A stretch of 64,000 bases of DNA, taken from positions 1,579,244-1,643,243 of the forward strand of contig CM082584.2 in NCBI GenBank assembly GCA_040954595.2, read 5' to 3'. Origin of the DNA: Balanoglossus misakiensis. Its lineage: Eukaryota > Animalia > Hemichordata. The notes under the pieces were generated by a model. The model had not been told where the DNA came from. It did not search any database and was given only the letters and a program-made list of their open reading frames with translations. Position numbers and translations under genes: made by a program. Shown piece after piece: positions 50,860-64,000 of this stretch (positions are counted from its first letter, which is position 1; each line of letters begins with the position of its first letter).

Positions 50860-53800
50860 ATGATTTTTTTCAAAAATCGACGAAATTTTGAAATTTTGCA
50901 AAGTCGAAAATTTGTCATTTTTTGATGATTTTCACCCGTCTTTTTTCAAAAATCGACGAAATTTTGAGATTTTGCAAAAGAGGAAAATTTGTCATTTTTT
51001 GATGATTTTCAACAATTTTTTTAAAAAATCGACGAAAATTTGAGATTTTGCAGTAAAAAATTTGTAATTTTTTGATGATTTTCACCGATGATTTTTTTCA
51101 AAATTGACGAAATTTTGAGATTTTGCAGTCGAAAATTTGTAATTTTTTGATGATTTTCCCCCATGATTTTTTTCAAAATCGACGAAATTTTGAGATTTTG
51201 CAAAGTCGAAAATTTGTCATTTTTTGATGATTTTCACCCATGATTTTCTTCAAAAATCGACGAAATTTTGAGATTTTGCAAAGTCGAAAATTTGTCATTT
51301 TTTGATGATTTTCACCCAATGTTTTTTTTTCAAAAATGGACGAACCCATGATTTTTTTCAAAATCGACGAAATTTTGAGATTTTGCAAAGTCGAAAATTT
51401 GTCATTGTCATGATGATTTTCAACCATGATTTTTTTCAAAAATTGACGAAATTTTGAGATTTTGCAGTCAAAAATTTGTCATTTTTTGATGATTTTCACC
51501 CATGATTTTTTTTCACAAATCGACGAAATTTTGAGATTTTGCAGTCGTAAATTTGTCATTTTTTAATGATTTTCCTCCATGATTTTTTTTCAAAAATCGA
51601 CGAAATTTTGAGATTTTGCAAAGTCTAAAATTTGTCATTTTTTGATGATTTTCACCCATGTCTTTTTTCAAAAATCGACGAAATTTTGAGATTTTGCAAA
51701 GAGGAAAATTTGTCATTTTTTGATGATTTTCAACAATGATTTTTTTTCAAAAATCGACGAAATTTTGAGATTTTGCAGTCAAAAATTTGTCATTTTTTGA
51801 TGATTTTCAACAATTTTTTTAAAAAATCGACGAAAATTTGAGATTTTGCAGTAAAAAATTTGTCATTTTTTGATGATTTTCACCCATGATTTTTTCAAAA
51901 TTGGCAAAATTTTGAGATTTTGCAAAGTCGAAAATTTGTCATTTTTTGATGATTTTCACCCATGATTTTTTTTCACAAATCGACGAAATTTTGAGATTTT
52001 GTAGTCGTTAATTTGTCATTTTTTGATGATTTTCCCCCATGATTTTTTTCAAAAATCAACGAAATTTTGAGATTTTGCAAAGTCGAAAATTTGTCATTTT
52101 TAGATGATTTTCACCCGTCTTTTTTCAAAAAATCGACGAAATTTTGAGATTTTGCAAAGAGGAAAATTTGTCATTTTTTGATAATTTTCAACAATGATTT
52201 ATTTCAAAAATCGACGAAATTTTGAGATTTTGCAGTCGAAAATTTGTCATTTTTTGATGATTTTCCCCCATGATTTTTTTCAAAAATCGACGAAATTTTG
52301 AGATTTTGCAAAGTTGAAAATTTTTCAAAAATCGACGAAATTTATAGATTTTGCAAAGAGGAAAATTTGTCATTTTTTGATGATTTTCACCCATGATTTT
52401 TTTCAAAATTGACGAAATTTTGAGTTTTTGCAGTCGAAAATTTGTAATTTTTTGATGATTTTCACCCGTTTTTTTTTCAAAAATCGACGAAATTTTGAGA
52501 TTTTGCAGTCGAAAATTTGTCATTTTTTGATGATTTTCACCCATGATTTTTTCAAAATTGACGAAATTTTGAAATTTTGCAGTCGAAAATTTGTCATTTT
52601 TTGATCATTTTCCCCAATGATTTTTTTCAAAAATCGACGAAATTTTGAGATTTTGCAAAGTCGAAAATTTGTCATTTTTTGATGATTTTCACCCATGTCT
52701 TTTTTCAAAAATCGACGAAATTTTGAGATTTTGCAGAGGAAAATTTGTCATTTTTTGATGATTTTCAACAATGATATTTTTTCAAAAATCGACGAAATTT
52801 TGAGATTTTGCAGTAAAAAATTTGTCATTTTTTGATGATTTTCACCCATGATTTTTTCAAAATTGGCAAAATTTGAGATTTTGCAAAGTCGAAAATTTGT
52901 CATTTTTTGATGATTTTCACCCATGATTTTTTTTCACAAATCGACGAAATTTTGAGATTTTGTAGTCGTAAATTTGTCATTTTTTGATGATTTTCCCCCA
53001 TGATTTTTTTCAAAAATCAACGAAATTTTGAGATTTTGCAGTCGAAAATTTGTCATTTTTTGATGATTTTCCCCCATGATTTTTTTCAAAAATCGACGAA
53101 ATTTTGAGATTTTGCAAAGTTGAAAATTTTTCAAAAATCGACGAAATTTATAGATTTTGCAAAGAGGAAAATTTGTCATTTTTTGATGATTTTCACCCAT
53201 GATTTTTTTCAAAATTGATGAAATTTTGAGTTTTTGCAGTCGAAAATTTGTCATAAATTGATGATTTTCACCCATGATTTTTTCAAAATTGACGAAATTT
53301 TGAAATTTTGCAGTCGAAAATTTGTCATTTTTTGATGATTTTCAACCATGATTTTTTTTCAAAAATCGACGAAAATTTGAGATTTTGCAAAGACGAAAAT
53401 TTGTCATTTTTGATGATTTTTACCCATGATTTTTTTTTCAAAAATGGACGAAATTTTTAGATTTTGCAAAGACGAAAATTTGTCATTTTTTGATTATTTT
53501 CACCCATGATTTTTTTTCAAAAATCGACGAAATTTTGAGATTTTGCAAAGAGGAAAATTTGTCATTTTTTGATGATTTTCAACCATGATTTTTTTTCAAA
53601 AATCGACGAAAATTTGAGATTTTGCAAAGATGAAAATTTGTCATTTTTGATGATTTTTACCCATAATTTTTTTTCAGAAATGGACGAAATTGTGAGATTT
53701 TGCAAAGACGAAAATTTGTCATTTTTTGATGATTTTCACCCATGATTTTTTTCAAAATTGACGAAATTTTGAGATTTTGCAAAGTCAAAAATTTGTAATT

Positions 53801-56800
53801 TTTTGATGATTTTCAACAATTTTTTTAAAAAATCGACGAAAATTTGAGATTTTTCAGTCAAAAATTTGTCATTTTTTGATGATTTTCCCCCATGATTTTT
53901 TTCAAAAATCGACGAAATTTTGAGATTTTGCAAAGTTGAAAATTTTTCAAAAATCGACGAAATTTATAGATTTTGCAAAGAGGAAAATTTGTCATTTTTT
54001 GATGATTTTCACCCATGATTTTTTTCAAAATTGACGAAATTTTGAGTTTTTGCATTCGAAAATTTGTCATTTTTTGATGATTTTCACCCGTTTTTTTTTC
54101 AAAAATCGACGTAATTTTGAGATTTTGCAGTCGAAAATTTGTCATTTTTTGATGATTTTCACCCATGATTTTTTCAAAATTGACGAAATTTTGAAATTTT
54201 GCAGTCGAAAATTTGTCATTTTTTGATCATTTTCCCCATGATTTTTTTCAAAAATCGACGAAATTTTGAGATTTTGCAAAGTCGAAAATTTGTCATTTTT
54301 TGATGATTTTCACCCTTGATTTTCTTCAAAAATCGACGAAATTTTGAGATTTTGCAAAGTCGAAAATTTATCATTTTTCGATGATTTTCACCCATGATTT
54401 TTTTCATAAATCGATGAAATTTTCAGATTTTGCAGTAAAAAAATTGACATTTTTTGATGATTTTCACCCATGATTTTTTTCAAAATTGACGAAATTTTGA
54501 GATTTTGCAGTCGAAAATTTGTCATTTTTTGATCATTTTCCCCCATGATTTTTTTCAAAAATCGACGAAATTTTCAGATTTTGCAAAGTCGAAAATTTGT
54601 CATTTTTTCATGATTTTCACCCATGATTTTTTCAAAAATCGACGAAATTTTGAGATTTTGCAGTCGAAAATTTGTAATTTTTTGATGATTTTCCCCCATG
54701 ATTTTTTTCAAAAATCGACGAAATTTTGAGATTTTGCAAAGTCGAAAATTTGTCATTTTTTGATGATTTTCACCCATGATTTTCTTCAAAAATCGACGAA
54801 ATTTTGAGATTTTGCAAAGTCGAAAATTTGTCATTTTTTGATTATTTTCACCCATGATTTTTTTCAAAAATCGACGAAATTTTGAGATTTTGCGAAGTCG
54901 AAAATTTGTCATTTTTTGATGATTTTCACCCATGATTTTTTTCAAAAATCGACGAAATGTTGAGATTTTGCAAAGTCGAATAATTGTCATTTTTTGATGA
55001 TTTTCACCCATGATTTTTTTCAAAAAATCGACGAAATGTTGAGATTTTGCAAAGTCGAAAATTTTGTCATTTTTTGATGATTTTCAACCATGATTTTTTT
55101 TGAAAAATCGACGAAAATTTGAGATTTTGCAAAGATGAAAATTTGTCATTTTTGATGATTTTTACCCATAATTTTTTTTCAGAAATGGACGAAATTTTGA
55201 GATTTTGCAAAGTCGAAAATGTGTCATTTTTTGATGATTTTCACCCGTTTTTTTTTCAAAATTTGTCATTTTTTCATGATTTTCACCCATGATTTTTTTT
55301 TAAAAATCGACGAAATTTTGAGATTTTGCAAAGTCGAAAATTTGTCATTTTTTGATGATTTTCCCCCATGATTTTTTTCAAAAATCGACGAAATTTTGAG
55401 ATTTTGCAAAGTCGAAAATTTGTCATTTTTTGATGATTTTCACCCATGATTTTCCTCAAAAATCGACGAAATTTTGAGATTTTGCAAAGTCGAAAATTTG
55501 TCATTTTTTGATTATTTTCACCCATGATTTTTTTCAAAAATCGACGAAATTTTGAGATTTTGCGAAGTCGAAAATTTGTCATTTTTTGATGATTTTCACC
55601 CATGATTTTTTTCAAAAATCGACGAAATGTTGAGATTTTGCAAAGTCAAAAAATTGTCATTTTTTGATGATTTTCACCCATGATTTTTTTCAAAAATCGA
55701 CGAAATGTTGAGATTTTGCAAAGTCGAAAATTTTGTCATTTTTTGATGATTTTCAACCATGATTTTTTTTCAAAAATCGACGAAAATTTGAGATTTTGCA
55801 AAGATGAAAATTTGTCATTTTTGATGATTTTTACCCATAATTTTTTTTCAGAAATGGACGAAATTTTGAGATTTTGCAAAGTCGAAAATGTGTCAGTTTT
55901 TGATGATTTTCACCCGTTTTTTTTTAAAAATTTGTCATTTTTTCATGATTTTCACCCATGATTTTTTTCAAAAATCGACGAAATTTTGAGATTTTGCAAA
56001 GTCGAAAATTTGTCATTTTTTGATGATTTTCACCCATGATTTTTTTCAAAAATAGACGAAATTTTGAGATTTTGCAAAGTCGAAAATGTGTCATTTTTTG
56101 ATGATTTTCACCCATGTTTTTTTTTTTAAAATCGACGAACCTATGATTTTTTTCAAAATCGACGAAATTTTGTGATTTTGCAAAGTCGAAAATTTTGTCA
56201 TTTTTTGATGATTTTCAACCATGATTTTTTTTCAAAAATCGACGAAATTTTGAGATTTTGCAAAGTCGAAAATTTTGTCATTTTTTGATGATTTTCAACC
56301 ATGATTTTTTTTCAAACATCGACGAAAATTTGAGATTTTGCAAAGTCGAAAATGTGTCATTTTTTGATGATTTTCACCCGTTTTTTTTTCAAAATTTGTC
56401 ATTTTTTTCATGATTTTCACCCATGATTTTTTTCAAAAATCGACGAAATTTTGAGATTTTGCAAAGTCGAAAATTTGTCATTTTTTGATGATTTTCACCC
56501 ATGATTTTCTTCAAAAATCGACGAAATTTTGAGATTTTGCAAAGTCGAAAATTTGTCATTTTTTGATTATTTTCACCCATGATTTTTTTCAAAAATCGAC
56601 GAAATTTTGAGATTTTGCGAAGTCGAAAAATTGTCATTTTTTGATGATTTTCACCCATGATTTTTTTCAAAAATCGACGAAATGTTGAGATTTTGCAAAG
56701 TCGAAAATTTTGTCATTTTTTGATGATTTTCAACCATGATTTTTTTTCAAAAATCGACGAAAATTTGAGATTTTGCAAAGATGAAAATTTGTCATTTTTG

Positions 56801-59800
56801 ATGATTTTTACCCATAATTTTTTTTCAGAAATGGACGAAATTTTGAGATTTTGCAAAGTCGAAAATGTGTCATTTTTTGATGATTTTCACCGTTTTTTTT
56901 TCAAAATTTGTCATTTTTTCATGATTTTCACCCATGATTTTTTTCAAAAATCGACGAAATTTTGAGATTTTGCAAAGTCGAAAATTTGTCATTTTTTGAC
57001 GATTTTCACCCGTTTTTTTTTCAAAATTTGTCATTTTTTCATGATTTTCACCCATGATTTTTTTCAAAAATCGACGAAATTTTGAGATTTTGCAAACTCG
57101 AAAATTTGTCATTTTTTGATGATTTTCACCCATGATTTTTTTTCAAAAATGGACGAAATTTTGAGATTTTGCAAAGTCGTAAATGTGTCATTTTTTGATG
57201 ATTTTCACCCGTTTTTTTTTCAAAATTTGTCATTTTTTGATGATTTTCACCCATGATTTTCTTCAAAAATCGACGAAATTTTGAGATTTTGCAAAGTCGA
57301 AAATGTGTCATTTTTTGATGATTTTCACCCATGATTTTTTTCAAAAATCGACGAAATTTTGAGATTTTGCAAAGTCGTAAATGTGTCATTTTTTGATGAT
57401 TTTCACCCGGTTTTTTTTCAAAAATCGACGAAATTTTGAGATTTTGCAAAGTCGAAAATTTGTCATTTTTTGATGATTTTCACCTATGATTTTTTTCAAA
57501 AATCAACAAAATTTTGAGATTTTGCAAAGTCGAAAATTTGTCATTTTTTGATGATTTTCACCGATGATTTTTTTCAACAATCGAAAAAATTGTGAGATTT
57601 TGCAAAGTCGAAAATTTGTCATTTTTTGATGATTTTCACCCATGATTTTTATTCAAAATTGACGAAATTTTGAGATTTTGCAAAGTCGAAAATTTGTCAT
57701 TTTTTCATGATTTTCCCCCATGATTTTTTTCAAAAATCGACGAAATTTTGAGATTTTGCAAAGTCGTAAATGTGTCATTTTTTGATGATTTTCACCCATG
57801 ATTTTCTTCAAAAATCGACGAAATTTTGAGATTTTGCAAAGTCGAAAATTTGTCATTTTTTGATGATTTTCACCTATGATTTTTTTCAAAAATCAACAAA
57901 ATTTTGAGATTTTGCAAAGTCGAAAATTTGTCATTTTTTGATGATTTTCACCGATGATTTTTTTCAACAATCGAAAAAATTTTGAGATTTTGCAAAGTCG
58001 AAAATTTGTCATTTTTTGATGATTTTCACCCATGATTTTCTTCAAAAATCGACGAAATTTTGAGATTTTGCAAAGTCGAAAATTTGTCATTTTTTTGATG
58101 ATTTTCACCCATGATTTTTTTCAAAAATCGACGAAATTTTGAGATTTTGCAAAGTCGAAAATTTGTCATTTTTTGATGATTTTCACCCATGATTTTTTTC
58201 AAAAATCGACGAAATTTTGAGATTTTGCAAAGTCGAAAATTTGTCATTTTTTTTGATGATTTTCACCCATGATTTTTTTCAAAAATCGACGAAATTTTGA
58301 GATTTTGCAAAGTCGAAAATTTGTCATTTTTTGATGATTTTCACCCATGATTTTTTTCAAAATTGACGAAATTTTGAGATTTTGCAAAGTCGAAAATTTC
58401 TCATTTTTTGGTGCATTTTCACCCATGATTTTTTTTCAAAAATCGACGAAATTGTGAGATTTTGCAAAGTCGAAAATTTGTCATTTTTTGATGATTTTCA
58501 CCCATGATTTTTATTCAAAATTGACGAAATTTTGAGATTTTGCAAAGTCGAAAATTTGTCATTTTTTCATGATTTTCCCCCATGATTTTTTTCAAAAATC
58601 GACAAAATTTTGAGATTTTGCAAAGTCGAAAATTTGTCATTTTTTGAAGATTTTCACCCATAATTTTTTTCAAAAATCGACGAAATTTTGAGATTTTGCA
58701 AAGTCGAAAATTTGTCATTTTTTTTGATGATTTTCACCCATGATTTTTTTCAAAAATCGACGAAATTTTGAGATTTTGCAAAGTCGAAAATTTGTCATTT
58801 TTTGATGATTTTCACCCATGATTTTTTTCAAAATTGACGAAATTTTGAGATTTTGCAAAGTCGAAAATTTCTCATTTTTTGGTGCATTTTCACCCATGAT
58901 TTTTTTTCAAAAATCGACGAAATTGTGAGATTTTGCAAAGTCGAAAATTTGTCATTTTTTGATGATTTTCACCCATGATTTTTATTCAAAATTGACGAAA
59001 TTTTGAGATTTTGCAAAGTCGAAAATTTGTCATTTTTTCATGATTTTCCCCCATGATTTTTTTCAAAAATCGACGAAATTTTGAGATTTTGCAAAGTCGT
59101 AAATGTGTCATTTTTGATGATTTTCACCCGTTTTTTTTTTAAATTTGTCATTTTTTGATGATTTTCACCCATGTTTTTTTTTAAAAAATCAACAAAATTT
59201 TGAGATTTTGCGAAGTCGAAAATTTGTCATTTTTTGATGATTTTCACCGATGATTTTTTTCAACAATCGAAAAAATTTTGAGATTTTGCAAAGTCGAAAA
59301 TTTGTCATATTTTGATGATTTTCACCCATGATTTTCTTCAAAAATCGACGAAATTTTGAGATTTTGCAAAGTCGAAAATTTGTAATTTTTTTGATGATTT
59401 TCACCCATGATTTTTTTCAAAAATCGACGAAATTTTGAGATTTTGCAAAGTCGAAAATTTGTCATTTTTTGATGATTTTCACCCATGATTTTTTTCAAAA
59501 TTGACGAAATTTTGAGATTGTGCAAAGTCAAAAATTTGTCATTTTTTGATGATTTTCACCCATGATTTTTTTTCACAAATCGACGTAATTTTGAGATTTT
59601 GTAGTCGTAAATTTGTCATTTTTGATGATTTTCCCCCATGATTTTTTTCAAAAATCAACGAAATTTTGAGATTTTGCAAAATCGAAAATTTGTCATTTTT
59701 AGATGATTTTCACCCGTCTTTTTTCAAAAAATCGACGAAATTTTGAGATTTTGCAAAGAGGAAAATTTGTCAATTTTTGATAATTTTCAACAATGATTTA

Positions 59801-62800
59801 TTTCAAAAATCGACGAAATTTTGAGATTTTGCAGTCGAAAATTTGTCATTTTTTGATGATTTTCCCCCATGATTTTTTTTCACAAATCGACGAAATTTTG
59901 AGATTTATTTGTCATTTTTTGATGATTTTCAACCATTATTTTTTTTCAAAAATCGACGAAATGTTGAGATTTTGCAAAGTCGAAAATTTGTCATTTTTTG
60001 ATGATTTTCACCCATGATTTTTTTCAAAAATCGACGAAATTTTGAGATTTTGCAAAGTCGAAAATTTGTCATTTTTTGATGATTTTCATCCATGATTTTT
60101 TTTAAAAATTGACGAAATTTTGAGATTTTGCAAAGTCGAAAATTTGTCATTTTTTGATGATTTTCACCAATGTTGTTTTTAAAAAATCGACGAACCCATG
60201 ATTTTTTTCAAAATCGACGAAATTTTGAGATTTTGCAAAGTCGAAAATTTGTCATTTTTTGATAATTTTCACCTATGATTTTTTTCAAAAAAAGACAAAA
60301 TTTTGAGATTTTGCGAAGTCGAACATTTGTCATTTTTTGATGATTTTCACCTATGATTTTTTTCAAAAATCGACAAAATTTTGAGATTTTGCGAAGTCGA
60401 AAATTTGTCATTTTTTGATGATTTTCACCCAGAATTTTTTTTCACAAATCGACGAAATTTTGAGATTTATTTGTCATTTTTTGATGATTTTCAACCATTA
60501 TTTTTTTTCAAAAATCGACGAAATTTTGAGATTTTGCAAAGTCGAAAATTTGTCATTTTTTGATGAGTTTTACCCAGATTTTTTTTTTCAAAAATCGACG
60601 AAATTTTGAGATTTTGCAAAGACGAAAATTTGTCATTTTTTGAGGATTTTCACCCATGATTTTTTTTCAAAAATCGACGAAATTTTGAGATTTTGCAATG
60701 TCGAAAATTTGTCATTTTTTGATGATTTACACCCATGATTTTTTTCAAAAATCGACGAAATTTTGAGATTTTGCAATGTCGAAAATTTGTCATTTTTTGA
60801 TGATTTTCACCCATGATTTTTTTTCACAAATCGACGAAATTTTGAGATTTTGCAGTCGTAAATTTGTCATTTTTTAATGATTTTCCTCCATGATTTTTTT
60901 TCAAAAATCGACGAAATTTTGAGATTTTGCAAAGTCGAAAATTTGTCATTTTTTGATGATTTTCACCCATGATTTTTTTTCAAAAATGTACTAAATTTTG
61001 AAATTTTGCAAAGACGAAAATTTGTCATTTTTTGATGATTTTCACTCATGATTTTTTTTGAAAAATGTACGAAATTTTGAGATTTTGCAAAGACGAAAAT
61101 TTGTCATTTTTTGATGATTTTCACCCATGATTTTTTTTCAAAAATGTACGAAATTTTGCGATTTTGCAAAGTCGAAAATTTGTAATTTTTTGATGATTTT
61201 CACCCATATTTTTTTTCAAAAATAAACGAACCCATGATTTTTTTCAAAAATCGACGAAATTTTGAGATTTTGCAAAGTCGAAAATTTGTCATTTTTTGAT
61301 GATTTTTGCCCATGATTTTTCTCAAAAATCGACGAAATTTTGAAATTTTGCAAAGACGAAAATTTGTCATTTTTTGATGGTTTTCACCCATGATTTTTTT
61401 TCAAAAATTTACGAAATTTTGAGATTTTGCAAAGTCGAAAATTTATCATTTTTTGATGATTTTCACCCAGGATTTTTTTTCACAAATCGACGAAATTTTG
61501 AGATTTTGCAGTTGTAAATTTGTCATTTTTTAATGATTTTCCTCCATGATTTTTTTTCAAAAATCGACGAAATTTTGAGATTTTGCAAAGTCGAAAATTA
61601 GTCATTTTTTGATGATTTTCACCCATGATTTTTTTCAAAAATCGACGAAATTTTGAGATTTTGCAAGGTCGAAAATTTGTCATTTTTTGATGATTTTCAC
61701 CCAGGATTTTTTTTCACAAATCGACGAAATTTTGAGATTTATTTGTCATTTTTTGATGATTTTCAACCATTATTTTTTTTCAAAAATCGACGAAATTTTG
61801 AGATTTTGCAAAGTCGAAAATTTGTCACTTTTTGATGATTTTCACCTATGATTTTTTTCAAAAATCGACGAAATGTTGAGATTTTGCGAAGTCGAAAATT
61901 TGTCATTTTTTGATGATTTTCACCCATGATTTTTTTCAAAAATCGACGAAATTTTGAGATTTTGCAAAGTCGAAAATTTGTCATTTTTTGATGATTTTCA
62001 CCCAGGATTTTTTTTCACAAATGGACGAAGTTTTGAGATTTTGCAGTCGTAAATTTGTCATTTTTTAATGATTTTCCTCCATGATTTTTTTTCAAAAATG
62101 GACGAAATTTTGAGATTTTGCAAAGTCGAAAATTTGTCATTTTTTGATGATTTTCCCCCATGATTTTTTTCAAAAATCGACGAAATTTTGAGATTTTGCA
62201 AAGTCGAAAATTTGTCATTTTTTGATGATTTTCACCCATGTTTTTTTTAAAAAAATCGACGAACCTATGATTTTTTTCAAAATCGGCGAAATTGTGTGAT
62301 TTTGCAAACTCGAAAATTTTGTCATTTTTTGATGATTTTCAACAATAATTTTTTTTCAAAAATCGACGAAATTTTGAGATTTTGCAAAGTCGAAAATTTT
62401 GTCATTTTTTGATGATTTTCACCCATGATTTTTTCAAAAATTGATGAAATTTTGAGATTTTGCAAAGTCGAAAATTTGTCATTTTTTGATGATTTTCACC
62501 CATGATTTTTTTCGAAAATCGACGAAATGTTGAGTTTTTGCAAAGTCGAAAATTTGTCATTTTTTGATGATTTTCATCCATGATTTTTTTTTAAAAATCG
62601 ACGAAATTTTGAGATTTTGCAAAGTCGAAAATTTGTCATTTTTTGATGATTTTCAACCATTATTTTTTTTCAAAAATCGACGAAATTTTGAGATTTTGCA
62701 AAGTCGAAAATTTGTCATTTTTTGATGATTTTCACCCATGATTTTTTTCAAAAATCGACGAAATTTTGAGATTTCGCAAAGCCGAAAATTTGTCATTTTT

Positions 62801-64000
62801 TGATGATTTTCACCCATGATTTTTTTCAAAAATCGACGAAATTTTGAGATTTTGCAATGTCGAAAATTTGTCATTTTTTGATGATTTTCACCCATGATTT
62901 TTTTCAAAAATCGACGAAATTTTGAGATTTTGCAATGTCGAAAATTTGTCATTTTTTGATGATTTTCACCCATGATTTTTTTTCACAAATCGACGAAATT
63001 TTGAGATTTTGCAGTCGTAAATTTGTCATTTTTTAATGATTTTCCTCCATGATTTTTTTTTCAAAAATCGACGAAATTTTGAGATTTTGCAAAGTCGAAA
63101 ATTTGTCATTTTTTGATGATTTTCACCCATGATTTTTTTTCAAAAATGTACTAAATTTTGAAATTTTGCAAAGACGAAAATTTGTCATTTTTTGATGATT
63201 TTCACCCATGATTTTTTTTGAAAAATGTACGAAATTTTGAGATTTTGCAAAGACGAAAATTTGTCATTTTTTGATGATTTTCACCCATGATTTTTTTTCA
63301 AAAATGTACGAAATTTTGCGATTTTGCAAAGTCGAAAATTTGTAATTTTTTTGATGATTTTCACCCATATTTTTTTTCAAAAATAAACGAACCCAGGATT
63401 TTTTTTCACAAATCGACGAAATTTTGAGATTTTGCAGTTGTAAATTTGTCATTTTTTAATGATTTTCCTCCATGATTTTTTTTCAAAAATCGACGAAATT
63501 TTGAGATTTTGCAAAGTCGAAAATTAGTCATTTTTTGATGATTTTCACCCATGATTTTTTTCAAAAATCGACGAAATTTTGAGATTTTGCAAGGTCGAAA
63601 ATTTGTCATTTTTTGATGATTTTCACCCAGGATTTTTTTTCACAAATCGACGAAATTTTGAGATTTTGCAAAGTCGAAAATTTGTCATTTTTTGATGATT
63701 TTCACCAATGTTGTTTTTAAAAAATCGACGAACCCATGATTTTTTTCAAAATCGACGAAATTTTGAGATTTTGCAAAGTCGAAAATTTGTCATTTTTTGA
63801 TAATTTTCACCTATGATTTTTTTCAAAAAAGACAAAATTTTGAGATTTTGCGAAGTCGAACATTTGTCATTTTTTGATGATTTTCACCTATGATTTTTTT
63901 CAAAAATCGACAAAATTTTGAGATTTTGCGAAGTCGAAAATTGTCATTTTTTGATGATTTTCACCCAGAATTTTTTTTTCACAAATCGACGAAATTTTGA
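50859..64000. repeat. 78-bp A/T-tract satellite array (about 170 units, continues beyond the window)
   Basis: Consensus catgatttttttcaaaaatcgacgaaattttgagattttgcaaagtcgaaaatttgtcattttttgatgattttcacc, with 76-79-bp and internally deleted variants. Confidence 0.98.

Noticed and set aside
50859-64000. Many K/F-rich ORFs (KKIMGENHQKMTNFRLCKISKFRRFL)n
   Set aside because: Translation artefact of the 78-bp unit. Homopolymer indels constantly break the frame.

Overview
AT-rich animal genomic DNA. GT-AG introns and the repeat families suggest a marine invertebrate, though the taxon is only an inference. There are no prokaryotic operons, RNA genes or CRISPR arrays. The window has five main components. 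(1) A multi-exon, minus-strand Uninflatable (uif)-like gene fragment at 26.9-38.4 kb, with the order C-type lectin, 3 CUB, 4 CCP/sushi, 2 cbEGF. It carries several disabling lesions, all confined to phase-1/1 skippable modules. (2) A 12.4-kb two-unit (90 and 74/75 bp) minisatellite with higher-order duplications at 13.6-26.0 kb. It produces the spurious long ORFs on both strands. (3) A 5'-truncated APE-RT LINE at 46.8-50.0 kb, split by a TTAA-flanked, long-TIR (Kolobok-type) element. (4) A satellite of at least 13 kb with a 78-bp A/T-tract unit, running off the right end. (5) Dense non-autonomous elements: TTAA-flanked MITEs, TA-flanked CTGTA MITEs, HINE/pearl-like elements and an L2 fragment. 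The most unusual small feature is a 184-bp hairpin at 35.4-35.6 kb whose mismatches include repeated tandem G.A pairs and which is capped by a GCA triloop, so it should fold well on one strand only. I do not find firm evidence for a wholly new coding system. The most interesting signals are structural and evolutionary.
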